Shown: positions 15,748 to 24,518 of the stretch, piece by piece
Numbering within the stretch: position 1 is the first letter of the stretch
Layout: every line of letters begins with the position of its first letter
NCBI GenBank assembly: GCA_004284765.1
Contig: NQJD01000029.1
Coordinates: 1,387-33,386 of the forward strand
DNA: 32,000 bases
Origin: Candidatus Electronema aureum
GTDB lineage: Bacteria; Desulfobacterota; Desulfobulbia; Desulfobulbales; Desulfobulbaceae
Direction: 5' to 3'
Position numbers and translations under genes: made by a program
The notes under the pieces: model-generated
What the model saw: only the letters and a program-made list of their open reading frames with translations
Databases searched by the model: none
What the model was told of the DNA's origin: nothing

Positions 15748-17481
15748 ATGACCAACCGAGCCATACTGCTCCGGCTGCGCGACGTGCTGCGGCCTTACAG
15801 CGGCAAGCTGCTCATCGCCATGGCCGCGATGATCGTAGTCGCCCTGTTCAACGCCGCCCAAGCCTACATGGTGCAACCGCTGCTGGACAAGATTTTTTAT
15901 GAAAAGAACGCTGCTTGGCTGACCGCGCTGCCGCTGGCCCTGCTGGCGATTTTTTTCGTCAAAGGGGTGTTTTATTTCTTCTATTCCTACCTGCTCGAAT
16001 GGGTTGGGCAGTCGGTGATCAAAGACCTGCGCAACAGCCTCTACGGCCATCTCCATGAGCTGTCGATGGGCTTTTTTTACAAGAATTCCACCGGCGAACT
16101 GATCTCGCGGATTATGAACGACGTGGCCATGCTCCAAGGCACGGTCTCGCACGCCCTGATCTACGTCCTGCGCGATTTTTTCAGCGTGGCCGGGCTGCTG
16201 GTGGTGATTTTTTACATGGACTGGCGGCTGGCCTTGGTCTCGCTTGTTTTCATTCCGATGGCCGCAGTGCCGATTGTGGTTTTCGGCAAGAAATTCCGCC
16301 GCATCAGCACCCGCTACCAGCAGGGCATGGGCGAGGCGAGCAATTTCCTCAACGAGACCATCCGGGGTGTCCGCATCGTCAAGGCCTTTTGCGCCGAGGA
16401 GCAAGAAAAACACCGCTTTGCGGCCAAGATGCAGCAGCTTTTCGACACCCTGATGAGCGAGACCCGCTACCGCAGCCTTGCCCATCCACTGATTGAATTT
16501 CTCGGCGGCATCGGCATGGCCCTGATCATCTGGTTTGGCGGCAGCGAGGTGCTGAAGGGCAACGCCACGCCCGGCACCTTCATGTCTTTTCTCACCGCTT
16601 TGGTCATGCTCTATGAGCCGATCAAGGGCGTGAGCAAGATCAATTCAACGGTGCAGTCGGGCATGGCTGGCGCGGCCCGCATCTTCGCGCTCTTGGACAC
16701 CGAGCCGGAAATCCGCGAGAAAGCGCAGCCGGTCGAGCTGCCGCCCTTCAGCCGCCAGATTGAATTCCGCAAGGTCAGCTTCGCCTATCAGCCCGGCGAG
16801 CTGGTGCTGCGCGATGTCAGCCTGACAATTGCGCGGGGCGAGGTGGTGGCCTTGGTCGGGCCGTCGGGCGGCGGCAAAAGCTCCTTGGCCAGCCTGCTGC
16901 CGCGCTTTCACGAGGTCACTGACGGCGCAGTCCTGCTCGACGGCCACGATCTGCGCGACCTCAGCCTGCGTTCGCTGCGCAGCCAGATTGCCATTGTCAC
17001 CCAGCAGACGATCCTGTTTAATGACACCGTGCGCAGCAACATCGCCTACGGCAGCCCGGATTGCACTGAGGAAGAGATCCGCCGGGCCGCCGCCGCTGCC
17101 TTTGCCTTGGATTTCATCGAAGCCTTTCCGCAGGGCTTTGACACCGTGATCGGCGAGTCTGGCGTGCGACTCTCCGGCGGCCAGCAGCAGCGGCTGTCCA
17201 TTGCCAGAGCGATCCTCAAGAACGCGCCGATCCTTATTTTAGATGAAGCCACGTCCGCGCTCGACACCGAATCTGAGCGCAAGGTGCAGCAGGCCCTCGA
17301 CAATCTGATGAAAAACCGCACCACCTTGGTCATTGCCCACCGCCTTTCGACCATCAAGAACGCCGACCGCATCGTGGTCATGCAGGACGGACGCATTGCC
17401 GAGGAAGGCGACCACGACAGCCTGCTCCGGCGCGGCGGCATCTACGAGGGGCTGCACAGCTTGCAGCACGCCGCCCGATGA
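15748..17481 (+). CDS. msbA: Lipid A export ABC transporter, fused permease/ATPase (MsbA-type)
   Basis: 577 aa with an N-terminal six-helix TMD. Walker A: GPSGGGKSS. ABC signature: LSGGQQQRLSIARA. Walker B: ILILDEATSALD. It heads an LPS-core operon, joined to the next gene by an ATGA overlap. Confidence 0.8.
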   Translation: MTNRAILLRLRDVLRPYSGKLLIAMAAMIVVALFNAAQAYMVQPLLDKIFYEKNAAWLTALPLALLAIFFVKGVFYFFYSYLLEWVGQSVIKDLRNSLYGHLHELSMGFFYKNSTGELISRIMNDVAMLQGTVSHALIYVLRDFFSVAGLLVVIFYMDWRLALVSLVFIPMAAVPIVVFGKKFRRISTRYQQGMGEASNFLNETIRGVRIVKAFCAEEQEKHRFAAKMQQLFDTLMSETRYRSLAHPLIEFLGGIGMALIIWFGGSEVLKGNATPGTFMSFLTALVMLYEPIKGVSKINSTVQSGMAGAARIFALLDTEPEIREKAQPVELPPFSRQIEFRKVSFAYQPGELVLRDVSLTIARGEVVALVGPSGGGKSSLASLLPRFHEVTDGAVLLDGHDLRDLSLRSLRSQIAIVTQQTILFNDTVRSNIAYGSPDCTEEEIRRAAAAAFALDFIEAFPQGFDTVIGESGVRLSGGQQQRLSIARAILKNAPILILDEATSALDTESERKVQQALDNLMKNRTTLVIAHRLSTIKNADRIVVMQDGRIAEEGDHDSLLRRGGIYEGLHSLQHAAR

Positions 17482-19946
17482 GCAGGCTCCGCAGCGGCGC
17501 AGGCCGGGCCAATGTCTGGCTGCCGGGCCTGCTCGCCTTTGCCCTGCCGCTTTCCACCTCGGCAGTGTCGGCAGTCGCCCTGCTAATCCTCCTGCTCTGG
17601 CTGATCGAAGGGAATTTCCTGCTCAAGCTGGCCGAGACCCTCTTCACGCCAGTCGCGGCGACAGTGCTGGGATACTTGGCCCTGCTCTGCCTCGGCCTGC
17701 TCTGGACAGCAAACCCGGCGGACGGCCTCAGCGTCCTGCAAAGCCACTGGAAGATTGCCCTGCTGCCGGTCTTCCTCACCGCTGTCCGCCACGAACGGCG
17801 CGCCTTCTACCTGAGCTGCTTCATCGCCGGGATGAGCGCGGCCATGCTCCTCACCTTCTTGGTCTGGCTCGGCCTTGTCCAGTACGCCGATGTCAGCCCG
17901 GCGCATCTCACGCCCAAGACCTTTCACGTCGTCTACAACCCTCTGCTGGCCTTCGCCATCTACCTGACCTTGCACAAGGCAGTCTGGGAGGAGCCAAGGC
18001 GGCGGGCGCGGGCGGGCCTCTTCGCGCTGGCCGGGCTGATGAGCGTCAACATGTTTATGACCGAGGGCCGCACCGGGCAGGCCGCCTTCTTCGTCCTCCT
18101 CAGCCTCTTTCTCCTGCAAGTCTTTGGCCGGAAGCGCGTGCGGGCGGTACTCCTCCTCTGTCTGCTGCTGCCTGCGGGCATCGCTGCCGGCTATGTAGCC
18201 AGCCCGGTCTTTCAGCAGCGGGTTGACTTAGCCCTGAGCGAAGCCTCCGGCTTTCACGACAACCCCAACACCTCAGTGGGTCTGCGCCTTCAGTTCTGCC
18301 AGAACGCGCTTGCCCTCATCCGCCAGCAGCCCTGCCTCGGCGTGGGCACCGGCGATTTCAAAGCCGCCTACGGTCTGGTCAACCAGCAGCGCAGCCCGCA
18401 CTGCGTCAGCACCGACAACCCGCACAACCAGTACCTCTTGAGCGCGGCGCTGCTCGGCCTGCCCGGCCTGCTCATCCTGCTGCTGGTCTTCTTCCTCATG
18501 CTGCGGCAGGCCCGCTCTGAGCAGGAGGACAGCCTCTGCCGTGCGCGTTTCGCCTTCCCGCTCTTCTTCGCAGTCATCATGCTGGCGGAGTCCTATCTCA
18601 AGGTCTATCAGACCGCCTTCCTCTTCGCCCTGATGACCGCTGTGCTGTACAAAAAAAAGCCACTGCCGCAGGCCGAGGGCCGCAGCTGGCTGATTCTCTC
18701 CTACCGGGCCAACATCCCCGGTTCAGCCTGCTCGCAGCATCTGGACGACCGGCTGCCGCACTTGCAGGCCCAAGGCATTGAACCGGTGCTGCTCACCGGC
18801 CCGGCTGGTCTTGCCCACCCGACATGGCGGCACTTCCGCACTGTCAGCCTCGCGCCCTCCGGCCTCCGCTTCGAGCTGCGCCATTACCTCCGACGCCGAC
18901 TGCGCCACCGCTGGCAGTTCAAGCTGGTTGAGACCCTGCTCCTCCTGCCGGTGCTGCCCTTCTACCTGCTGGAGAAGATCGTCGTCAATCTGGAGAGCGA
19001 ATGGTCCTGGGGCCTGCTTGCCTCGCTGCGCGGCCTGCTGCTCTGCCGCCAGCTCAGGCCGGAGCTGGTTTACTCGACCGGCGGCTCGGCCTCGGCCCAT
19101 GTCGCGGGCCTGCTGATCAAGCGCTGGACTGGCATCCGCTGGATCGCTGAGACCCAAGACCCGCTCGTGCACGACCAAGGCTGGCGACGCAGCCGTCTCG
19201 CTCTGCTGCTGTATACGAATCTGGAGCGGCGCATCTGCCAGCAAGCCGACCTCTTCGTCTTTCTCGTCGGCGCGGCGCTGGAGCACTGCCGCCAGCGCAC
19301 GGGCGGCGGCAGGCTGGCTGTAGTCTATCCCGGCGCGGAGCCGTCCTGGTTCGGGCAGCAGGAGCTATACAGCAAAGGCGGCCGCTGCTCCTTCGCGCAC
19401 TTCGGCTCGCTCTCCGGCACGCGCAACCTGGCAGTCTTCTTCCAGGCACTGGAGCAGGTGGTCAGCGGCAGGCCGGAGCTGCGCGGCAGGGCGCAGGTGG
19501 ACGTGTACGGCTCCTTTGACAGCCTGTCGGAGCGGGAGATGCAACGCCTGCGCCTGCACGACCTCGTCAGGGTGCATGGGCCGGTGCCGCGAGAGGAGGC
19601 CATAGCCCGAATGCAGCAGGCAGACTGCCTGCTCTTAGTGCAGAACATCATCTACTTCTCCTGCGAGACCATCCCGTCCAAGGTCTATGAGTACCTGCTC
19701 ACAGGCCGCCCGATCCTCGGCCTGCTGCATAATAATAAGGAGCTGGCCGCTATGCTGCGGGACAGCGGCCATCGCGCCACGCCTGCCGATGACGTGCAGG
19801 CCACAGCCGCAGCCATCGCCGCGATCTTGGACGACTGGGCTGCGGATAAGCTGACAGCCGCTATGGCGGTGGACAGGCCCTGGACTGTCGAGGCGGCGGT
19901 GCGCAAGCTGATCTGCCTGAGCGAGGGCTGTAGCTCCTGCGCATGA
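17478..19946 (+). CDS. Fusion protein: O-antigen-ligase-like (Wzy_C/WaaL-type) polytopic membrane domain + C-terminal GT-B glycosyltransferase-like domain
   Basis: 822 aa. The first ~400 aa are multi-TM and carry the NPHNQYLLSAALLGLPGLL motif typical of O-antigen ligase family loops. The second half is soluble with GT-B features (WLILSYRAN..., GSLSGTRNL, ETIPSKVYEYLLTGRPILGL). ATGA overlaps occur at both ends. Confidence 0.7.
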   Translation: MSRLRSGAGRANVWLPGLLAFALPLSTSAVSAVALLILLLWLIEGNFLLKLAETLFTPVAATVLGYLALLCLGLLWTANPADGLSVLQSHWKIALLPVFLTAVRHERRAFYLSCFIAGMSAAMLLTFLVWLGLVQYADVSPAHLTPKTFHVVYNPLLAFAIYLTLHKAVWEEPRRRARAGLFALAGLMSVNMFMTEGRTGQAAFFVLLSLFLLQVFGRKRVRAVLLLCLLLPAGIAAGYVASPVFQQRVDLALSEASGFHDNPNTSVGLRLQFCQNALALIRQQPCLGVGTGDFKAAYGLVNQQRSPHCVSTDNPHNQYLLSAALLGLPGLLILLLVFFLMLRQARSEQEDSLCRARFAFPLFFAVIMLAESYLKVYQTAFLFALMTAVLYKKKPLPQAEGRSWLILSYRANIPGSACSQHLDDRLPHLQAQGIEPVLLTGPAGLAHPTWRHFRTVSLAPSGLRFELRHYLRRRLRHRWQFKLVETLLLLPVLPFYLLEKIVVNLESEWSWGLLASLRGLLLCRQLRPELVYSTGGSASAHVAGLLIKRWTGIRWIAETQDPLVHDQGWRRSRLALLLYTNLERRICQQADLFVFLVGAALEHCRQRTGGGRLAVVYPGAEPSWFGQQELYSKGGRCSFAHFGSLSGTRNLAVFFQALEQVVSGRPELRGRAQVDVYGSFDSLSEREMQRLRLHDLVRVHGPVPREEAIARMQQADCLLLVQNIIYFSCETIPSKVYEYLLTGRPILGLLHNNKELAAMLRDSGHRATPADDVQATAAAIAAILDDWAADKLTAAMAVDRPWTVEAAVRKLICLSEGCSSCA

Positions 19947-21010
19947 AGCACCGCCGCATTCTCATTGTCAAGCCCAGCTCGCTCGGCGACATCGTCCACA
20001 CGCTGCCGCTGGCACACGCGCTCAAACGCTGCTGGCCGGACTGCCGCATCGGCTGGATCGTCCAGCAGGTCTTCGCGCCTTTGCTGGCGGCGGACGCGAG
20101 CATAGACCGCATCTACCCCATCCACATCCCCTCGACCAGCGAGCCGCAAGCGGGCCGCTCCGCCTGGCTGACCGCCTTCAGCGCGACCCTGAAGACCCTG
20201 CGCGGCCTGCGCCGCCAGTTGCAGGCGGAGCCGTATGACCTCATCCTTGACCTCCACGCCTCGCTGCGCAGCGGGCTGCTGGGCCGCTGCAATCCGGGCG
20301 GCCTGCGCCTTGGTTTCGCCGATGCCAAAGAGCTGAACACGCTCTTTCAGCAGCAGCTTGTCGCTGTCCCGGCAGACGTGCGGCACGCGCAGGATAAGAA
20401 CCTGCTTTTCTGCCAGCAGCTTGGTCTCAGTGTGACCGCAGCGGATTTCCACCTCCGCTGCGGCGCGGCAGACCGCGAGGCGGCGCAGGCCTTCTTGCGC
20501 GAGACGGACGCGGCTGGGAAGAGGGTCGTTCACGCCAACCCGGCGGCCCGCTGGCAGACCAAATTCTGGCCGCAGGAACGCTGGGCCGAGCTGGCCGACC
20601 GCCTGCAAGGCCAAGGGCTGGCCGTGGTCTTCGGCGGCAGCGGGCAGGACGCGGCCTATTTAGACGGCATTGTCCGCCTGATGCGCAGCCCGACTGTCAT
20701 CGCCGCTGGCAGGCTCAGTCTGCCGCAGGCCGCAGCCCTGATCGCCCAATCCGCCCTGCACATCGGCTTGGATTCCGGCCCAATGCACATCGCCGCCCTG
20801 GCTGGCGTGCCGGTCGCCGCGCTCTTCGGCCCGACGCACCCGGAACGCGTTGGCCCCTACGGCGTGCAGCACCGCATCATCCGCGCCGAAAGCCTGTCCT
20901 GCTTGGAGTGCCGCAAACGCAGCTGCTCCCATCTTTCCTGCATGAGAGGCATTTCTGTGCCAATGGTCTATGAAGCCGCGCTGTCTTTGCTTGAATTATC
21001 TGAGTCATGA
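19943..21010 (+). CDS. ADP-heptose:LPS heptosyltransferase (GT9; N-terminus WaaC-like)
   Basis: 355 aa. RILIVKPSSLGDIVHTLPLAHALK resembles the WaaC/RfaC N-terminus. Also present: GSGQD, DSGPMHIAAALGVP-like (DSGPMHIAALAGVP), and LFGPTHP. Confidence 0.8.
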   Translation: MKHRRILIVKPSSLGDIVHTLPLAHALKRCWPDCRIGWIVQQVFAPLLAADASIDRIYPIHIPSTSEPQAGRSAWLTAFSATLKTLRGLRRQLQAEPYDLILDLHASLRSGLLGRCNPGGLRLGFADAKELNTLFQQQLVAVPADVRHAQDKNLLFCQQLGLSVTAADFHLRCGAADREAAQAFLRETDAAGKRVVHANPAARWQTKFWPQERWAELADRLQGQGLAVVFGGSGQDAAYLDGIVRLMRSPTVIAAGRLSLPQAAALIAQSALHIGLDSGPMHIAALAGVPVAALFGPTHPERVGPYGVQHRIIRAESLSCLECRKRSCSHLSCMRGISVPMVYEAALSLLELSES

Positions 21011-21798
21011 AAATCAGTCTAATCATAACTACCTACAACTGGAAAGAGGCCCTGGAGCTGGTACTGAACAGTGCCCTTCACCAGAAGAAAAAGCCGATCG
21101 AGATCATCATTGCTGATGACGGTTCTAGACCCGACACCGCTGAGGTCATTGGTAGGATTGCTGCTACTGCACCGATTCCGGTAATTCATTCGTGGCAAGA
21201 GGACAAGGGCTTCCGGCTAGCGGCTAGCCGCAACAAGGCCATTGCTAAAACGCGGGGCGACTACATCGTCTTGATCGACGGCGACATCATTCTGGAGCGG
21301 CATTTTATCGCCGATCATGCTCGCTTCGCCCGCCCCGGCTGTTTTGTCCAAGGTACACGGGTACTCCTCGGTGAGCAGCTGTCTCAGAAAATCCTTTTCA
21401 ATAAAAAAATGCCCAGCGACCCCATTTGTTGCGGCGATGTGGAAAATCGGAAAAATTGCCTGCGCTCAGATATCTTGTCCTGCATGTTTTCCTATCGCGA
21501 CCGAGGTATGTACGGCGTGAGAACGTGCAACTTCGCCTTTTGGCGCAAAGATGCTCTGGCGGTAAATGGCTTTAACGAAGATTTTGTCGGCTGGGGGCGG
21601 GAAGATTCAGAATTCACTGCCCGATTACTCAATTGCGGTTTAGTACGGAGAAATCTTAAATTTAGTGCTATCGCCTACCACCTCTACCATCCACTCAGTG
21701 ACCGCGCTCATTTAGAGGCTAATGATCAGCTCCTCAAAATTACGGTTGAGCAAAAGCTAACCTGGTGCGCAAAAGGGGTACGTAGTTATCTAGGGTAG
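21007..21798 (+). CDS. Family 2 glycosyltransferase with galactosyltransferase-type C-terminal motif
   Basis: 263 aa with ISLIITTYNW, IIIADDGSRPDT, a DGD (DxD) motif and GWGREDSEF. Visibly lower GC than the three upstream genes. Confidence 0.8.
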   Translation: MKISLIITTYNWKEALELVLNSALHQKKKPIEIIIADDGSRPDTAEVIGRIAATAPIPVIHSWQEDKGFRLAASRNKAIAKTRGDYIVLIDGDIILERHFIADHARFARPGCFVQGTRVLLGEQLSQKILFNKKMPSDPICCGDVENRKNCLRSDILSCMFSYRDRGMYGVRTCNFAFWRKDALAVNGFNEDFVGWGREDSEFTARLLNCGLVRRNLKFSAIAYHLYHPLSDRAHLEANDQLLKITVEQKLTWCAKGVRSYLG

Positions 21799-21898
21799 AG
21801 CTGTACAAAGCCGTTTTTAGGCAGTATCATGAATACTGATAAAGTTCATCTGGCATGGCTGGAATCGAAAGCATTCATCAGCACGGGAGGCTGAAATC

Positions 21899-22156
21899 AT
21901 GAGCAGTGTGATGTGGATACTTTTTTTGGCCCTACTGGCCCTGCTGGTGTTGTCGCTGCTTTGGCTGATCTGGAAGCTGAGAAATTTTTCCCAGTCCCAA
22001 AATCAGACCGTGCTGGACGACCGGCTTTTACAAGCCATGCTCGGCGATGAGGTGCTGTCGAAAAAGGTGAAAAAGGCTTTGGTCAAAAAATCCGGGCGGA
22101 TCGCTGATACTGACGAAGAGGACGACGGGCAAGAGCAACCTCAAAAAAGCGATTAA
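21899..22156 (+). CDS. Small N-terminally anchored membrane protein with acidic tail, unknown function
   Basis: 85 aa with a GGGAGG SD 8 nt upstream. TM helix: WILFLALLALLVLSLLWLIW. The C-terminus is DTDEEDDGQEQPQKSD. Confidence 0.45.
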   Translation: MSSVMWILFLALLALLVLSLLWLIWKLRNFSQSQNQTVLDDRLLQAMLGDEVLSKKVKKALVKKSGRIADTDEEDDGQEQPQKSD

Positions 22157-22164
22157 TCTCATCT

Positions 22165-24288
22165 TTAGGCTCCCAGTGCGACTCGAAAGCCAGCTCGAAT
22201 AATCCGCAGGCCCGGCGAGAGGCAGAAGCGAAAATAGGAGCTGGCGAATTTGGCACTACTGTCCCATGAGCCGCCCCGTAGGACGCGGCCTGCACCCTGT
22301 TCTGCTCCGGCGGGATTTCGCACTGGATAGACGGTGTAACTGTCCTTGATATACCAATCTGCACACCATTCCCAAACATTACCGTGCATGTCATATAAAC
22401 CCCACGCATTGGGCTGCTTACCACCTACGGGCTGGGTTTTCCGCTCGGCATTGGTAACGTGCCAAGCATAACGGTCGAGCTGCTCGTCATCATCGCCAAA
22501 GCAATAGGCCGCACTACTTCCGGCTCGGCAGGCGTATTCCCACTCAGCCTCGGTGGGTAAATGATAATTTTTGCCAGTTTGCCGGGTTAGCCATTCACAA
22601 TAATCAGCGGCATCCTGCCAGCTCACGTTGATTACCGGTCGCTGGTCGCGGCCCCAGCCCTCGTCTCTGGGTCTCGCCCGACCTGTGGACATACAGAATT
22701 CGTCAAATTCAGCAAACGTGATCAGAAAACGGCTGATACCAAAGCTGTCCAATTCCACTTCATGGGCAGGATGCGTGTTATCCGGCCCTTGGCCTTGAAT
22801 GTCGCCCATGCGGAAACGTCCGCCCGGCAACATAATCATCTCTGGCCCTATCTGCTGCTTGCTACTTTTGCGGATGAAAGTATCCTGCCAAGAAAATAGA
22901 GTGCCGTAGCAATCAACATAACGATGGAGATTGAAGCCGGAAAAATCTAATCTGCCGAGATATGGGCTTATGCCATCAGCCAATTCAAGAAAGCGCAAGA
23001 GCATGTCCGTGGCCCGTACTAAGAAGGGCAGTGGCTGGCGGTCGTTGACCAAGGCATAGGCGAGCAAAAATTCTCGAAACGTGGCATGGCTGAAGCGGAA
23101 AGCCCGCTCCGAGGTTTTGCTGAGAAGGGAACACTGATCAGGTTCAAATCGATCCAACCAGCAGGTGTTGGCATCCTCACAGAGCAGCTCCCACAAATCT
23201 TTTTCTGCGATTTCCTGCCGATTATGTTGCTCCATCCAACGGGCCACCCGCACACAGGCACTGAACATTTCCACCCGCTCCGGCAGTCGGGCGCAACCAG
23301 AATGTTGCTCTTGGAGAATGCGTAGTTTGCGATCTAACCAGCGTTGCAGCAGCGTTTCATAGATGGTGTAGAGATTCCAATATCGCCGCTCGTCCGCTGC
23401 TTCCAGTAAGATTTCAATTTGCTGAATCAGCAAAGGGCAATGCTGTAGGTCATCGATTTGATCAAGGAGCTGAAATGCCCGCGTTCGCTGCCGGGCTGCG
23501 CCAAAGCTCTGTAAGCCCAGATAGCTGCTACCGCTCCAAGACAACTTTTTGCGAATCAGTGCATGTACTTGCCGACCGTCAAGAGGTGAGAGATGCAAAA
23601 CCGGGCAGTTGTAACCGGCTAGCCCCCGAATGAGTAATTGTCCGGCAGGGCTGGACAGCACGTCAGGAAAAAAATGGCTGCGGCAGGTGATGATTACCCT
23701 GCGGAAACCCCAGCTCGCATCGAGTAGGTCGAGCAACCGGGCATGAACTCGGCCTCGTGCAACGCGGTCTTCGTTGAGGCCGTCGAGGAGCAGTACGGTA
23801 TCGGACTTTCCGTCAATAGCTGCAATTTGGGCCAGCGTGTCCCCGCCGCCGAGGCGGAACAGTTCGCAGCGGCAGCCAGGTGGCCAAAATCCGGCTAACT
23901 GCATCAGCTTGATCATAAACAAAAGGGAACTCTTGCCCATGCCTGCGTCTGCGAGCAGGAACATCTGATGGCTACCATCACGATTCCGAGGCTGACCGCC
24001 GTCCAAAAAACAGTTGAGCAGTGAGAAGGCCGACTGCCGAGGTACCGGAGCATGAAGCCCGCGCCGCCGATCTGCCGGACTGCGCTCCTGAAGATGTGGC
24101 TCGGCGTAAAATTTGACTAATTCTTCAGGATCACCGAATTCATCTCGGAGCAAATTCAGTTCTTGCGCCCGGTCTCCGGCAAGGCGGCATAGCCGCTTGA
24201 GCAGCTGCCCGGCCAGCGCGGAGCTGACAAAGGATAAGGGTTCCATCCCCAGTCTCACGGTTGCCTCCTTATGGATTTCGCTTTCCAT
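22165..24288 (-). CDS. NACHT-like (STAND) P-loop NTPase fused to a C-terminal FGE-sulfatase (SUMF1/formylglycine-generating-enzyme-like) domain
   Basis: 707 aa. Walker A: LLADAGMGKSSLL. Walker B: VLLLDGLNED. NACHT-type RVIITCRSHFFP is also present. A helical middle follows. The C-terminal ~240 aa carry MIMLPGGRFRMGD, LPTEAEWEYACRAG, YDMHGNVWEWC and RVLRGGSW...GFRVA. There is no signal peptide. An AAGGAGG inside the first codons suggests GTG 24258 or ATG 24246 as alternative starts. Confidence 0.85.
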   Translation of the reverse strand: MESEIHKEATVRLGMEPLSFVSSALAGQLLKRLCRLAGDRAQELNLLRDEFGDPEELVKFYAEPHLQERSPADRRRGLHAPVPRQSAFSLLNCFLDGGQPRNRDGSHQMFLLADAGMGKSSLLFMIKLMQLAGFWPPGCRCELFRLGGGDTLAQIAAIDGKSDTVLLLDGLNEDRVARGRVHARLLDLLDASWGFRRVIITCRSHFFPDVLSSPAGQLLIRGLAGYNCPVLHLSPLDGRQVHALIRKKLSWSGSSYLGLQSFGAARQRTRAFQLLDQIDDLQHCPLLIQQIEILLEAADERRYWNLYTIYETLLQRWLDRKLRILQEQHSGCARLPERVEMFSACVRVARWMEQHNRQEIAEKDLWELLCEDANTCWLDRFEPDQCSLLSKTSERAFRFSHATFREFLLAYALVNDRQPLPFLVRATDMLLRFLELADGISPYLGRLDFSGFNLHRYVDCYGTLFSWQDTFIRKSSKQQIGPEMIMLPGGRFRMGDIQGQGPDNTHPAHEVELDSFGISRFLITFAEFDEFCMSTGRARPRDEGWGRDQRPVINVSWQDAADYCEWLTRQTGKNYHLPTEAEWEYACRAGSSAAYCFGDDDEQLDRYAWHVTNAERKTQPVGGKQPNAWGLYDMHGNVWEWCADWYIKDSYTVYPVRNPAGAEQGAGRVLRGGSWDSSAKFASSYFRFCLSPGLRIIRAGFRVALGA

Positions 24289-24433
24289 GCGGTTGAAAAA
24301 GAGCGGGCGGGAAAAGCAGCCAAGGTGTTTTTTTCCGCTCGTTGCGGATACTCAGATTAGCCTAAAACAAGAACCAGTTAAACTTTTTTTTCACTGACAG
24401 GTACATCTATAGGCGGAAAAAGATGTATTGAGA

Positions 24434-24463
24434 TTGAAAAAGAAAGACCGCATGGGGTATAAT
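24434..24463 (+). promoter_or_regulatory. Sigma-70 promoter candidate
   Basis: TTGAAA (24434-24439), an 18-nt spacer, then consensus TATAAT (24458-24463). It lies 116 nt upstream of the lipoprotein ATG. Confidence 0.45.
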
Positions 24464-24488
24464 CCTGCCAATCGCCAGCAAATTTCCG

Positions 24489-24518
24489 CAGTCGGCGGAA
24501 AAGCGGCGGCTGTTTTTT
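24489..24518 (+). terminator. Terminator-like imperfect hairpin + T6 in the leader of the lipoprotein gene
   Basis: CAGTCGGCGG-AAAA-GCGGCGGCTG forms an imperfect stem with 2 mismatches and 1 G-U pair. It is followed directly by TTTTTT, about 20-50 nt downstream of the predicted TSS. Confidence 0.3.

Noticed and set aside
15511-16485. 324-aa minus-strand ORF antisense to msbA. Similar long ORFs occur at 17333-18226 (+, out of frame), 17583-18119 (-), 18723-19286 (-), 19685-20614 (-) and 13354-14016 (-).
   Set aside because: They have R/A/G/P-rich low-information composition and no recognisable motifs. All are fully embedded in, or antisense to, ORFs with clear family signatures. They are the expected stop-codon-poor shadow frames of GC-rich coding DNA.
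24289-24420. T7 run plus CCGC-loop-GCGG hairpin (about 24341-24360) upstream of the NACHT-FGE gene, considered as a terminator.
   Set aside because: The T-run precedes the hairpin on the plus strand, and an A-run follows it on the minus strand. It therefore has terminator geometry on neither strand.
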